Shown piece after piece: positions 1 to 8,331 of a stretch of 64,000 nucleotides of DNA. Source of the DNA: a virus; the IMG/VR virus record IMGVR_UViG_3300046779_000879, positions 99,643 to 163,642 of that record; one strand, written 5' to 3'. The translations under genes were made by a program, and so were the position numbers. Positions within the stretch are counted from its first letter, which is position 1. Each line of letters begins with the position of its first letter. The notes below the pieces were generated by a model that worked only from the letters and a program-made list of their open reading frames with translations, ran no database searches and was not told where the DNA came from.

Positions 1-717
1 ACCATCATAATCTAACTGATATCTTTTATTAAAAACTTCTTTTCCAAGATTGTAACCTTTAACATTTAGATGAATGCGATTGTGAAACGAGTCTAATATA
101 AAGTTATCTGTTTGAGTGCGTAAATCATTATAATCATGTTTCCACTTTTCTTGGAAATACATCTCACCAACAATCACCATTTTGTCCAATTGAAATTCAA
201 TATTCTTTATATCAAAGGCAATTGCTTTACTTCTATTATTAACTTCTTTGATCGCTAAATTTCGTTTCTTTTCATTCTCAATTTTTGCTTTTAGATGATC
301 ACGTGTTTCTTGAGTGACATTGGCAGAGTTTGTATTAATTTTATTAGATCTTGAGACTACCTCTGCTTGTATTTCAATAGTGGTGCATTCATTGCGAATG
401 ACTTTATAAGACTTAATAAGTCCACCACTATACTCAACTATTCGTTCTTTGTAAACGTCTTGATCAACTGTTTTCTCACCAGACATCCAAACACCTACTG
501 CCTTTTCTATAGCAGTAACCTTAGCATTTTCTAATGCCTGCTCACAAGTCTTACCCTTGCCAATAGCAGTCACAGTAACAGAAGATGTTCTATCAAATTT
601 ATCTTCTCGTGAGAGCTCAGTGATTATTGATGGGACTATTGCTTGTATCCAAGCAACAGGATTCGCATGAACAGAAGTAGCCACCAGTGCAGTGGCTACT
701 AACATTAGCTGTTTCAT
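1..717 (-). CDS. Exported protein with LPP20/FlgT-N-like domain (3' end runs off window)
   Basis: Not in the ORF track because it is truncated. Manual translation from the ATG at 717 (TAATG overlap with the upstream stop): MKQLMLVATALVATSVHANP... signal peptide, then VTVTAIGKGKTCEQALENAKVTAIEKAVG...GLIKSYKV. Frame is open to the window edge. Confidence 0.6.
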   Translation of the reverse strand, partial: MKQLMLVATALVATSVHANPVAWIQAIVPSIITELSREDKFDRTSSVTVTAIGKGKTCEQALENAKVTAIEKAVGVWMSGEKTVDQDVYKERIVEYSGGLIKSYKVIRNECTTIEIQAEVVSRSNKINTNSANVTQETRDHLKAKIENEKKRNLAIKEVNNRSKAIAFDIKNIEFQLDKMVIVGEMYFQEKWKHDYNDLRTQTDNFILDSFHNRIHLNVKGYNLGKEVFNKRYQLDYDG

Positions 718-1259
718 TACTGACCCATCGACGCACGAATCTGACTTGCAGCACGAATAGATTTTTTATCGACTTGAACAGTTACAGAAACAACACGAGT
801 GTCAGAGGATATTTTACGTTCTTTGATATATGAACCACGGACGATACCGTTTGATTCTTCTACCATTTTCTCTGTGACTTTGGTTGCAATATTTGCAGCA
901 CGCTCTTTAGATTTCTGATCATTATCAGAAACTTCTTTTGCCAAAGAGTTTGTGATTACATCTACTGTCTTATTGTTCTTTAAATCAGTATTCATGAACT
1001 CAACAATGTTACGTTTTGCTCGCATGGTTGCGATATTCATCGCTTGCTCAAGACCAGCATCGTCATTGATAGGAATTGCTGCCGTGGCAGTGGACTTAAT
1101 CTCTGTCCAAGTATCATCGTTAAATGTCACCTCAACTTTACCAAAGTCTTGAGTATACTTAACTGCGTCTTTAGAAACAGGGTCAACTTCAGCTAACTTG
1201 GTTGTGCTACATCCTGATACAGCAAGAGCGAGTACAGCAATTGATAAAATCTTTTTCAT
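717..1259 (-). CDS. Lipoprotein, LPP20-like
   Basis: Signal peptide with lipobox (LAVSGC); 'EQAMNIATMRAKRNIVEF' and 'GIVRGSYIKERKIS...VSVTV' resemble the LPP20 pattern. Confidence 0.6.
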   Translation of the reverse strand: MKKILSIAVLALAVSGCSTTKLAEVDPVSKDAVKYTQDFGKVEVTFNDDTWTEIKSTATAAIPINDDAGLEQAMNIATMRAKRNIVEFMNTDLKNNKTVDVITNSLAKEVSDNDQKSKERAANIATKVTEKMVEESNGIVRGSYIKERKISSDTRVVSVTVQVDKKSIRAASQIRASMGQ

Positions 1260-1265
1260 AATATA

Positions 1266-1556
1266 TTACCTCACAGTGGTTGAATAAACTACTACATCGT
1301 CACGCTTGTATAACGACTGCATCCTTTCTCTTAAGACTGGATCACTTACATGATTACCCAATCTTTCTGGAGCCTTCGGGTCTACAAGTTTTAAATCAGC
1401 ATCAGTTACAGGAACTGAATTTACAGGAACTGTTGCTGAATTGGTTTTGGCTTTTAGTTTAACAAATTCATTCTTAAACTTAGCCCATTCTGTATCAAAG
1501 TCTAGTGCCATCGCATTGGTTGACACCAAAACCATCATAATAAAAAGTTTCTTCAT
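1266..1556 (-). CDS. Hypothetical secreted protein
   Basis: 96 aa with Sec signal peptide MKKLFIMMVLVSTNAMA. Confidence 0.7.
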   Translation of the reverse strand: MKKLFIMMVLVSTNAMALDFDTEWAKFKNEFVKLKAKTNSATVPVNSVPVTDADLKLVDPKAPERLGNHVSDPVLRERMQSLYKRDDVVVYSTTVR

Positions 1557-1678
1557 TTTACATTCTTTATAATAATTTCTTTTGCTTGATTAACATGATA
1601 GTCTGTAAAACTAAGTAAGTTACCAACACCTACCGTAGCTACAACAAACCCTAATATAAAACTAATCAGTAGTTTCAT
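1553..1678 (-). CDS. Small membrane protein (41 aa)
   Basis: Manual translation MKLLISFILGFVVATVGVGNLLSFTDYHVNQAKEIIIKNVK; ATGA overlaps with both neighbours. Confidence 0.6.
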   Translation of the reverse strand: MKLLISFILGFVVATVGVGNLLSFTDYHVNQAKEIIIKNVK

Positions 1679-2991
1679 TTAATGTCCTTACTAGCATCAG
1701 CTACATCTTTATCATCACGTAGTTCTACAAAAATTGGAAGAAATAAACTCTCTTCACCTTGTTTGTTTTTAATTCTAGTATTATACTTCACTGCAACGAT
1801 TTTGTCAAGTATTTCTTGTTTGATGTGCCACAAGTTGATTCGATGTTCGTCATTCAAGCCAGAGCCAACAGATACCTTTACAACTCCATCTGACGATTCG
1901 CAAATTATTGCACCGAGCATTCCTGCATACTTACCAGATCCTTCTTCAACTGCAACAATCTTAAGATCGCATTCCAATTCACCTTTGAATTTAATCTGGT
2001 GCTTTGCACGCTTGTCTTCCCAAACACCTGAACCATCTTTGAGAATGATACCTTCATGCCCCAAAGACAAATACTCTTGAAACATTTCTTGTGCTTCTTC
2101 GATTGTTTGCACGATCTTGCTGGAAACTAACCAGACTTTTTTATTTTTAATACTTTGTTTCTGAACCAGTTGTTCTAAACTAGAAAATCGTTTTGAGTAT
2201 GGAACTGGACAATGCCCATCTGTAAAGTAAGCATAAGGAATAACATCCCATACAGAAGCATGAACCATTGCAGCTTCTTCAGCTGAGATTGTACCCTTGT
2301 TTGCTTTGTTTAGAATACCATTACCTGTCTGACGATCCGCAAACTGGATATCATCTGGAAACATAACAAGCAACTCACCATCAAATACGCAATCTACTTC
2401 TCCTGCCATTGCGATAAATTGTTCATCTAGATTACCCAACAGCTGAATCTCTTTACCATTGCGACTACGATATTCAACCTTACCATCACGAACAATTGCA
2501 TTAAATCGCATACCATCCATCTTCATCTGAGCATAGGCTGGGAATTTAATTTTGTCAATCAGCTTCTGTTCAAACTGTGAGCAAAGCATCACAGGATATT
2601 CTCTAATTAGACCAGACCAAACTGCATTGGCAGTTGATACTTGAACACCACAATCAAGACTTTTGTCAATGATTCTTTCAATGACCTTTGCGTCATCTGG
2701 ATCTAGAGATGAAAGAAGATTGCGTAAGAATTCAATTGCAGCATTTCCTGTTACTTCTCTACTTGAAAGACTATACAGTTGCTGCATGGCAAATCCAAGA
2801 GTCATCGTATTGAATTTTGGATCTCGAGTGTATGCTGGAATCTTACGCTGATAGAACTGAGTGAATGGACATAGTGCCAAACGAACAACCTCACGCAAAA
2901 TCTCATTGTCAGCATATTTTTCCAACTGCTCGATCTTGTAGTTACGTGATGGGTTTGCAGCAAGAGTGTTTAGGAAGGCATTAATATTCAT
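1675..2991 (-). CDS. gp30: ATP-dependent DNA ligase
   Basis: Motif I KMDGMR, VFDGEL, EGIILK, C-terminal LFLPIFVELRDDK. Confidence 0.95.
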   Translation of the reverse strand: MNINAFLNTLAANPSRNYKIEQLEKYADNEILREVVRLALCPFTQFYQRKIPAYTRDPKFNTMTLGFAMQQLYSLSSREVTGNAAIEFLRNLLSSLDPDDAKVIERIIDKSLDCGVQVSTANAVWSGLIREYPVMLCSQFEQKLIDKIKFPAYAQMKMDGMRFNAIVRDGKVEYRSRNGKEIQLLGNLDEQFIAMAGEVDCVFDGELLVMFPDDIQFADRQTGNGILNKANKGTISAEEAAMVHASVWDVIPYAYFTDGHCPVPYSKRFSSLEQLVQKQSIKNKKVWLVSSKIVQTIEEAQEMFQEYLSLGHEGIILKDGSGVWEDKRAKHQIKFKGELECDLKIVAVEEGSGKYAGMLGAIICESSDGVVKVSVGSGLNDEHRINLWHIKQEILDKIVAVKYNTRIKNKQGEESLFLPIFVELRDDKDVADASKDIK

Positions 2992-3194
2992 ACTTCTTTC
3001 AATCCTTTTTGAATAATCTTAAATGTTCTGTATCGTTTATCGAAACGAATTGGATTTTTAAACATAGTAAAATCTTTTGGATTATTCCATTTGAAGTATC
3101 CATAAATCTTACTCATACTATCTGACATTAGATATGTATGATTTGGTTGTCTGTGTTCACAATTCCAGACAGTAGTTTCTCTGGCGAGAATCAT
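2988..3194 (-). CDS. Hypothetical protein
   Basis: 68-aa ORF translationally coupled to both neighbours. Confidence 0.65.
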   Translation of the reverse strand: MILARETTVWNCEHRQPNHTYLMSDSMSKIYGYFKWNNPKDFTMFKNPIRFDKRYRTFKIIQKGLKEV

Positions 3195-3526
3195 GCAGCA
3201 TCCAATACTTTTGCAGGATAAGTAATCTTACCATCGTACTCCAGCTGACTAATCTCAAACTCAGTCATGAAGTCATCGGCAACAATACCATAACCGATGA
3301 TGTACTGACGACTACCAATATCATTCCACTCAATTTTGTCACGTACTGAGTCAACAATCATCTCAAGATTCTTCTCAGCGAACTCGTGTTCAGCATTGTA
3401 ACCATCAAGAGACATGAAGTAATCTTCTCCACCCTTCATCTTCCAATACTGAGGACACTCACCCTCGCCATCCCAATCATGAGCACCATAGTTTTCCATG
3501 TACTGCGTGATGATATGTAGTTTCAT
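3191..3526 (-). CDS. Conserved phage hypothetical protein
   Basis: 111 aa; TQYMENYGAHDWDGEGECPQYWKMKGG motif recalled from T4-like phage hypotheticals. Confidence 0.7.
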   Translation of the reverse strand: MKLHIITQYMENYGAHDWDGEGECPQYWKMKGGEDYFMSLDGYNAEHEFAEKNLEMIVDSVRDKIEWNDIGSRQYIIGYGIVADDFMTEFEISQLEYDGKITYPAKVLDAA

Positions 3527-3543
3527 AATATAGATCCTATCAA

Positions 3544-3789
3544 TTAAACAAAAGTCCTGCGTGGATAACCAGTGGCGAATCCACTAGTGCCACCCATAAA
3601 GCCACGTGAGGACTTACCAGACATTTTAGTCTTAGGCACTTTACGTTTCTTCTCGTCAACCTGAATAACTCCACCCTTCTTCAAGAATGCTTTCATCGCT
3701 TTCTCGCTTTCAGCACGTGCCTCAGCTTTTGTCATGACAGGTTTGTTGTAAATTGTTGCAACAATCAATTTCTTCTCCGACTTCTTCAT
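3544..3789 (-). CDS. Small basic hypothetical protein
   Basis: Lys-rich ORF; start taken at MKKSEKK (TAATG overlap at 3789). Confidence 0.65.
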   Translation of the reverse strand: MKKSEKKLIVATIYNKPVMTKAEARAESEKAMKAFLKKGGVIQVDEKKRKVPKTKMSGKSSRGFMGGTSGFATGYPRRTFV

Positions 3790-4097
3790 TATGCACACTC
3801 CTTCATATCAATTTTATCGAATCCAAAACTAGCCACCACAAAAGTCTCATCTGTCTCTAGGTTGTGAACAATGTCACCGACCGACAGACTATGCATCTTA
3901 CCAACAACTTCAATCAGTTCTGCGTCCGACTCACACACAAAGTTTGCAATTCGGAAGACTTCATCCATCGTTCGTGCTTCCACATGAGCCACCATTTCAA
4001 ACTGATCAGAGATATCTTCAATCTGTTTGGCATTCATGAAGTGCAGGTCACGAGAATTTTGGTTTTCAAAGGGGAGTTGATAGATTGCGTATTTCAT
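3789..4097 (-). CDS. YodL-like domain protein
   Basis: MKYAIYQL...DEVFRIAN...MHSLSVGDIV...FVVASFGFDKI matches the YodL-like pattern; start moved to MKYAIYQ, downstream of the promoter and AAGGA SD. Confidence 0.65.
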   Translation of the reverse strand: MKYAIYQLPFENQNSRDLHFMNAKQIEDISDQFEMVAHVEARTMDEVFRIANFVCESDAELIEVVGKMHSLSVGDIVHNLETDETFVVASFGFDKIDMKECA

Positions 4098-4127
4098 TAC
4101 ATTTCCTTTTCTCATCATAATATAACT

Positions 4128-4156
4128 ATTATGCCCTAAATCGGAATTAAAGACAA
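4128..4156 (-). promoter_or_regulatory. Sigma70-type early promoter
   Basis: TTGTCT-17 bp-CATAAT on the minus strand, preceded by TTGCAAATA. Confidence 0.75.
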
Positions 4157-4173
4157 CAACTATTTGCAAATGA

Positions 4174-4216
4174 CCCTACACGTCTGAGGGGATTAGATCC
4201 CCTGTAGATACAAGGG
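4174..4216. repeat. Two CCCT-N9-AGGG palindromic boxes
   Basis: CCCTACACGTCTGAGGG (4174-4190) and CCCTGTAGATACAAGGG (4200-4216); the second is identical to 11702-11718. Confidence 0.7.
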
Positions 4217-4227
4217 TTTAGAATGAC

Positions 4228-4252
4228 AAAAACCCTCTACGAGAGAGGGTTT
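4228..4252 (-). terminator. Intrinsic terminator after the Sm-like gene
   Basis: Minus strand AAACCCTCT-CTCGT-AGAGGGTT followed by TTTG. Confidence 0.6.
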
Positions 4253-4275
4253 GGAGGGAGGTTTAGCCCTGTAGA

Positions 4276-4581
4276 TTAGGGCATCTGGAGTCCAGCTAGA
4301 GCGGATGCTGGAGCCACTTGGATACCAGAACCATATAATCGGTTATATTCGTTCACCATATTAGCGGATGGGGTTGCTTCGGTGGCAATAGATTGACTGA
4401 ACAACTTCATCTTTCCTTCTGCATAAGGCATGTATGGCATCAAAGCCAAACCAACACCTTCTTTTGTTTGTTGCATAAGAATAGTTGCTGGTGATTCTAT
4501 TGTATATCCAAGTCCAGTAACTTCTACTTTGGCAATTAGTTCTTCACCACTAATCAATTTAAATACTTTAATCTCGTTCAT
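4276..4581 (-). CDS. Sm-like domain protein of T4-like phages
   Basis: IKVFKLISGEELIAKV...LMPYMPY...EYNRLYGSGI; usual neighbour of hsp20. Confidence 0.7.
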   Translation of the reverse strand: MNEIKVFKLISGEELIAKVEVTGLGYTIESPATILMQQTKEGVGLALMPYMPYAEGKMKLFSQSIATEATPSANMVNEYNRLYGSGIQVAPASALAGLQMP

Positions 4582-4582
4582 T

Positions 4583-4789
4583 TCAATCCTCTATAACAAG
4601 TAGTTCAATAAAATCTGCTGCTGCATTTGAATCTGAAAAACAACGGATAATCATTTTTTCCAATTCATAACAATGTTGTGCAATAACCATAATCTGTTTA
4701 CTTTTATAAACAGAAACTTTGAGAATCCATTCTCCTCTGCGAACAGTGACGAATGAGATTAAATTTTGTGATAGTTTTGCTTTCATCAT
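4583..4789 (-). CDS. Hypothetical protein
   Basis: 68 aa, directly downstream of late promoter CCTAAATA (4795-4802). Confidence 0.65.
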   Translation of the reverse strand: MMKAKLSQNLISFVTVRRGEWILKVSVYKSKQIMVIAQHCYELEKMIIRCFSDSNAAADFIELLVIED

Positions 4790-4798
4790 ACAAGTATT

Positions 4799-4822
4799 TA
4801 GGGAGAGCCGAAACTCTCCCTA
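4799..4822 (-). terminator. UUCG-capped hairpin overlapping a late promoter
   Basis: TAGGGAGAG-TTTCGG-CTCTCCCTA; no long U tract, so it may be a stabilising or processing hairpin. Confidence 0.45.
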
Positions 4823-4831
4823 CCTGCATGA

Positions 4832-4909
4832 TTATTTTGGTTGGGGTACTGGTAGTTTACCGTTTACCCAATCCCAATCATCATCTGTCATCGGGATCCA
4901 GTTATTCAT
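4832..4909 (-). CDS. Micro-ORF (25 aa)
   Basis: MNNWIPMTDDDWDWVNGKLPVPQPK; ATGA-coupled to the upstream ORF. Confidence 0.45.
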   Translation of the reverse strand: MNNWIPMTDDDWDWVNGKLPVPQPK

Positions 4910-5040
4910 TTGCATTCCCCATACTTCGCCATTAATGCTTGTGCTTCTTTATGTTTACCATTTCTGGCGAGGTTTGCTGCTGCTTTTGCGTAACCTAAAC
5001 CCTTTAGGCAGATATAAACTTTGCGGAAAAACGATTTCAT
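4906..5040 (-). CDS. Small protein (44 aa)
   Basis: MKSFFRKVYICLKGLGYAKAAANLARNGKHKEAQALMAKYGECK; TAATG overlap with the hsp20 stop, GAGGAG SD. Confidence 0.6.
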   Translation of the reverse strand: MKSFFRKVYICLKGLGYAKAAANLARNGKHKEAQALMAKYGECK

Positions 5041-5516
5041 TATTTCTCCTCAGTCAATAACTGCTTCTCACCTGTTGACTTAACTGCGATTTTCTTTGGT
5101 TTCTTTGCTTCTGGAATTAAACGCTCCAAAGCAATTTTTAGCATACCATTAAAAATCTCGGCATCTTTAACTTCTACTTCGTCATTCAATACGAATGAAC
5201 GAGTGAAAGCACGATTAGCGATACCTTTGAACAAGAAGTTATCTTCTTGGTCTTCAGTTTTAATATTACCACGGACAACTAATTTACCACCATCAATTTC
5301 AATATCAATATCTTGCTGAGCAAAACCTGCAACAGCAATCTCAATGGTATAATGGTTTTCGTCATTCTTGCGAATGTTGTATGGTGGATAGTTTGGAATA
5401 TTTTTTGTTACATCATCATGTAGTTTTTGAAGAGTTTTAAACTGTTCATCAAAACCAACAAAGAATTTATCCAAGTCTTTAGTTCCCCAGAATGTAGGGA
5501 TGAAATTGTTTGTCAT
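5040..5516 (-). CDS. hsp20: Small heat shock protein Hsp20 (IbpA-like)
   Basis: NYPPYNI, IEIAVAGF, FKGIANRAFTRSF, NGMLKI. Confidence 0.95.
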   Translation of the reverse strand: MTNNFIPTFWGTKDLDKFFVGFDEQFKTLQKLHDDVTKNIPNYPPYNIRKNDENHYTIEIAVAGFAQQDIDIEIDGGKLVVRGNIKTEDQEDNFLFKGIANRAFTRSFVLNDEVEVKDAEIFNGMLKIALERLIPEAKKPKKIAVKSTGEKQLLTEEK

Positions 5517-5525
5517 GTTATCTCC

Positions 5526-5711
5526 TTACTTAACTACAATAGCTGTGAAGAAATCATTAGTAGATTTCGCTACAGTTTTTGCGAAAGATGCTTGTGCATC
5601 AATATAAGTTTGGAGTTGTTTTGCGATCTTTTCGTCTTTAACAAATGTCTTAACGAATTGAGTCTTTACACCAGAAATGGTGTCGATGGATGTATTTACT
5701 GCTTGTAACAT
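5526..5711 (-). CDS. Small helical hypothetical protein (phasin-like amphipathic pattern, uncertain)
   Basis: 61 aa with AGGAGA SD; first gene of the hsp20 transcript. Confidence 0.65.
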   Translation of the reverse strand: MLQAVNTSIDTISGVKTQFVKTFVKDEKIAKQLQTYIDAQASFAKTVAKSTNDFFTAIVVK

Positions 5712-5900
5712 ATAGTTCTCCTATTAAGCGAGATTAAATAAAAACTCTATCCCAAATGGGCATAGAGGGTTTGCTGGTTACTGGTTCCAGCGACAGCTTA
5801 ACGCACTGTCAGCTTTATGCGATTCGTAACTTAGTGGTCCTAAGGTGAATTCTTGGTAGTGATTGAATAGGTTACCAGCCTATCTTCCCATCCCTGAGAA
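5712..5900 (-). ncRNA. Candidate structured RNA / 5' leader of the hsp20 operon
   Basis: Six stem-loops in ~190 nt of non-coding DNA directly after a late-type promoter (CATAAATA, 5902-5909); see findings. Confidence 0.55.
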
Positions 5901-5904
5901 TTAT

Positions 5905-6075
5905 TTATGCTGCTGGCGATTGAGCAGACTTTTCTACTTCAGCCATTGCTGCAACTTGCGGTTCGCCTTGTTGCTTAATCTTGTTGATAACAGAGACTAC
6001 TTCTTCAAATGGATGTTTACCCAATACACGAAGAATCATATTACACTCTTCAATACTCAATTCAAGTTTAATCAT
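5905..6075 (-). CDS. Small hypothetical protein (56 aa)
   Basis: MIKLELSIEECNMILRVLGKHPFEEVVSVINKIKQQGEPQ...; ATGA overlap with the regA stop. Confidence 0.7.
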   Translation of the reverse strand: MIKLELSIEECNMILRVLGKHPFEEVVSVINKIKQQGEPQVAAMAEVEKSAQSPAA

Positions 6076-6491
6076 TTTGCTTTCTTTCCTATGTTATATT
6101 TTGGAACTAATTCCCACTGGTCTTTTTCTTTATAAGAGACCACCTTAATTTGAGATAGTGACGCTTTCTGTTCTGCTCTAACATTATCTAGGATCTTAAG
6201 TAGATCCCAGTCTTGTAGCAGACCAGCGATAGCATTTCGTCTCTCGATATCTCCGCTAGTGATGTTTGATTCTTTACCATCAAGAGCGAATAATTCTTTA
6301 AAGTGCACAATGAAATACCTACCCTGTTTATGAAGGATATGGCATGATTGGTACAATGTGTTTTCTTTTCTGGAAGCGATGCCGATGCGAGTTAGGGTCT
6401 CACGGACTTTTAGAAAGTTGTCTGGTTCTGGCAGACTCACTTCAAGCATCGACTCTGGTGTCCAGTCGTAATAAATCATCTCTACAGTCAT
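6072..6491 (-). CDS. regA: Translational repressor RegA
   Basis: FLKVRETLTRIGIASRK, LYQSCHILHKQGRYFIVHFKELFALDG. Confidence 0.95.
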   Translation of the reverse strand: MTVEMIYYDWTPESMLEVSLPEPDNFLKVRETLTRIGIASRKENTLYQSCHILHKQGRYFIVHFKELFALDGKESNITSGDIERRNAIAGLLQDWDLLKILDNVRAEQKASLSQIKVVSYKEKDQWELVPKYNIGKKAK

Positions 6492-6868
6492 TATTTTCCA
6501 CCTTTGTATAATTTTTCTTTTATCATATTCAACTGTTCTTCAGATAAGATGCTTAGTGCTTCATTAGCCTTCTCGGAAGAATATCCAAAGTACTCTTTTA
6601 CAAGAGTAAGATCCATCGTATCGGCTTCTTTCTTATGCCATTTCGAGAATCTCTTTTTCTTTGATATAGTATTTAGGAAAAAGGAAAACTGCCAGTCCTT
6701 GGGTATGCTCGAGTTACGATTCATCTCGTTTGCATATAGGACTGTATCGGGGAAATACGACAAACCACGATTGACTAGGAATGGTGTATAATCTTTGTCA
6801 GCCTGTGGTTCTTCGAATAGGTTTTTCTTTGTAAGATTGATTGCGTTGATAAAGTCAAAAGGTGTCAT
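6491..6868 (-). CDS. gp62: Clamp loader small subunit
   Basis: YTPFLVNRGLSYFPDTVLYANEMN, KKRFSKW, VKEYFGYS. Confidence 0.92.
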   Translation of the reverse strand: MTPFDFINAINLTKKNLFEEPQADKDYTPFLVNRGLSYFPDTVLYANEMNRNSSIPKDWQFSFFLNTISKKKRFSKWHKKEADTMDLTLVKEYFGYSSEKANEALSILSEEQLNMIKEKLYKGGK

Positions 6869-7050
6869 CGTCCTGCTCTCAATACCCAGTCTTCTGCAAA
6901 TTCTTCTGCAAGATCAATAGATGGAAAGGATTCGAATTCATTATAGTCATTTTGAGCATCAAAGACAACAACAGAGTATTGACCATTGGCATCTTTATAA
7001 ACTTTTGCGTTACGTGTTCCTTCTTGGTAATTACTTAGAATAGGCATCAT
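6865..7050 (-). CDS. Hypothetical protein
   Basis: 61 aa ending AEEFAEDWVL; coupled to neighbours. Confidence 0.65.
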   Translation of the reverse strand: MMPILSNYQEGTRNAKVYKDANGQYSVVVFDAQNDYNEFESFPSIDLAEEFAEDWVLRAGR

Positions 7051-7370
7051 GATGTAAATCCTATCTCAATTAAATTCTTTGGTGTAACTCCAAATGTTTT
7101 TCCAGGAAATAACTCTGCCAATTTCTTTTCAAGTTCTTTTCTATCATTGGCTTGTGTGATAAACTGACTACTATCTTTATGATATGCGAATAGTATTCCA
7201 TTATCCTTTTCAATAGTAATCTGTATAACTTCTTGGTTTGTATCTTGATCAAGTTCTTGTTCGATCTGAGCAAGAAGTTTGTTTGTTTTAATAATAGCAA
7301 GTTTTTCTCGAAGATTCCATCCGAGAGAAAAACCTATAATCATTACTCCAAATAAAATAAGAATATCCAT
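7047..7370 (-). CDS. Hypothetical protein with N-terminal TM helix
   Basis: MDILILFGVMIIGFSLGW; GAGG SD. Confidence 0.7.
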   Translation of the reverse strand: MDILILFGVMIIGFSLGWNLREKLAIIKTNKLLAQIEQELDQDTNQEVIQITIEKDNGILFAYHKDSSQFITQANDRKELEKKLAELFPGKTFGVTPKNLIEIGFTS

Positions 7371-7377
7371 ATTAGCC

Positions 7378-8331
7378 TCATTTGAATTTACACTGAGCCA
7401 TAATCTCAGTTAGTGCTGCCATAATATTTAGTTCATGGTCAGCAACAAATGCTGCTTTATATTGATAGTCTGCCAAAATAAGAATCATTGGTGGAATGCT
7501 ATTGGAATCCATATTGACACTTGCGGTATCATATAACTCACGGAACAATGCAGTAGTATCTGCATCAGAGTTTTTGGCAACCCACTTACGAACCTCAGTG
7601 AAGTCTTTATCTTTCATCAGTTTAACCAAACCTTTGAAAGACTCTTGTGACATATTCACTAGGATACCTGAGTCGATCTTACCTGAAACAGAATAGCGTT
7701 GAAGTTCGTTTAGAATACGACGATAATCAGGGAAGTGTTTCGTAACAAGTTCAGCCACGACTTTAGGATCGAACTCGATATTCTCTTGTTTGAGAATGGT
7801 GGTTGCTCGTTTGAAAAATGCTGCAGCGATCTCTTGCTTTTCTTTATTATCGATCTTGAATTCAATCACAGCACAACGACTGTGGATGGGTTCAATGATA
7901 CGATTCTTATAGTTCGCAGTAAAAATAAAGCGACAGTTAGCCGAAAACTCCTCCATGTAATTACGGAGTGCTGGCTGAGTAGAGTTAGCCTGTAGATAAT
8001 CTGCTTCGTCTAAGATAATAACTTTCTTAGCATCAGTCAAAGATACAGATGTGGCAAAACCCTTAATGGTAGTACGGAGAGTATCAATGTGACCACCAGT
8101 ATCCGATCCGTTAAGAATCACATACTCTGCACCGATCTCATTACACAATGCTTTGGCTACAGTAGTTTTACCTACACCTGCAGTACCACAAAGTAGAAAG
8201 TGTGGTAGTTCACCCTGTGCAATATAATCTTTAAAAGTCTTTTTTAAAGATTCTGGAAGGATACATTCATCAATTTTCTGTGGGCGATACTTTTCTACCC
8301 ACAGAAACTGTTCATCACGACTTTCAATCAT
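7378..8331 (-). CDS. gp44: Clamp loader large subunit (AAA+)
   Basis: LWVEKYRP, Walker A GTAGVGKTT, Walker B IILDEAD, SRC motif; start taken at MIESRDEQ. Confidence 0.95.
   Translation of the reverse strand: MIESRDEQFLWVEKYRPQKIDECILPESLKKTFKDYIAQGELPHFLLCGTAGVGKTTVAKALCNEIGAEYVILNGSDTGGHIDTLRTTIKGFATSVSLTDAKKVIILDEADYLQANSTQPALRNYMEEFSANCRFIFTANYKNRIIEPIHSRCAVIEFKIDNKEKQEIAAAFFKRATTILKQENIEFDPKVVAELVTKHFPDYRRILNELQRYSVSGKIDSGILVNMSQESFKGLVKLMKDKDFTEVRKWVAKNSDADTTALFRELYDTASVNMDSNSIPPMILILADYQYKAAFVADHELNIMAALTEIMAQCKFK

Noticed and set aside
4174-4281. CRISPR-like mini-array from the clustered CCCT...AGGG units
   Set aside because: Units are not identical repeats, gaps are short and irregular (9-17 bp), and there are no cas genes; one unit is better explained as a terminator.
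5712-5900. tRNA, tmRNA or a known small ribozyme in the regA-hsp20 gap
   Set aside because: No cloverleaf, TTC loop or CCA end, and no hammerhead, twister or pistol core recognised by eye; kept as an unassigned structured RNA.
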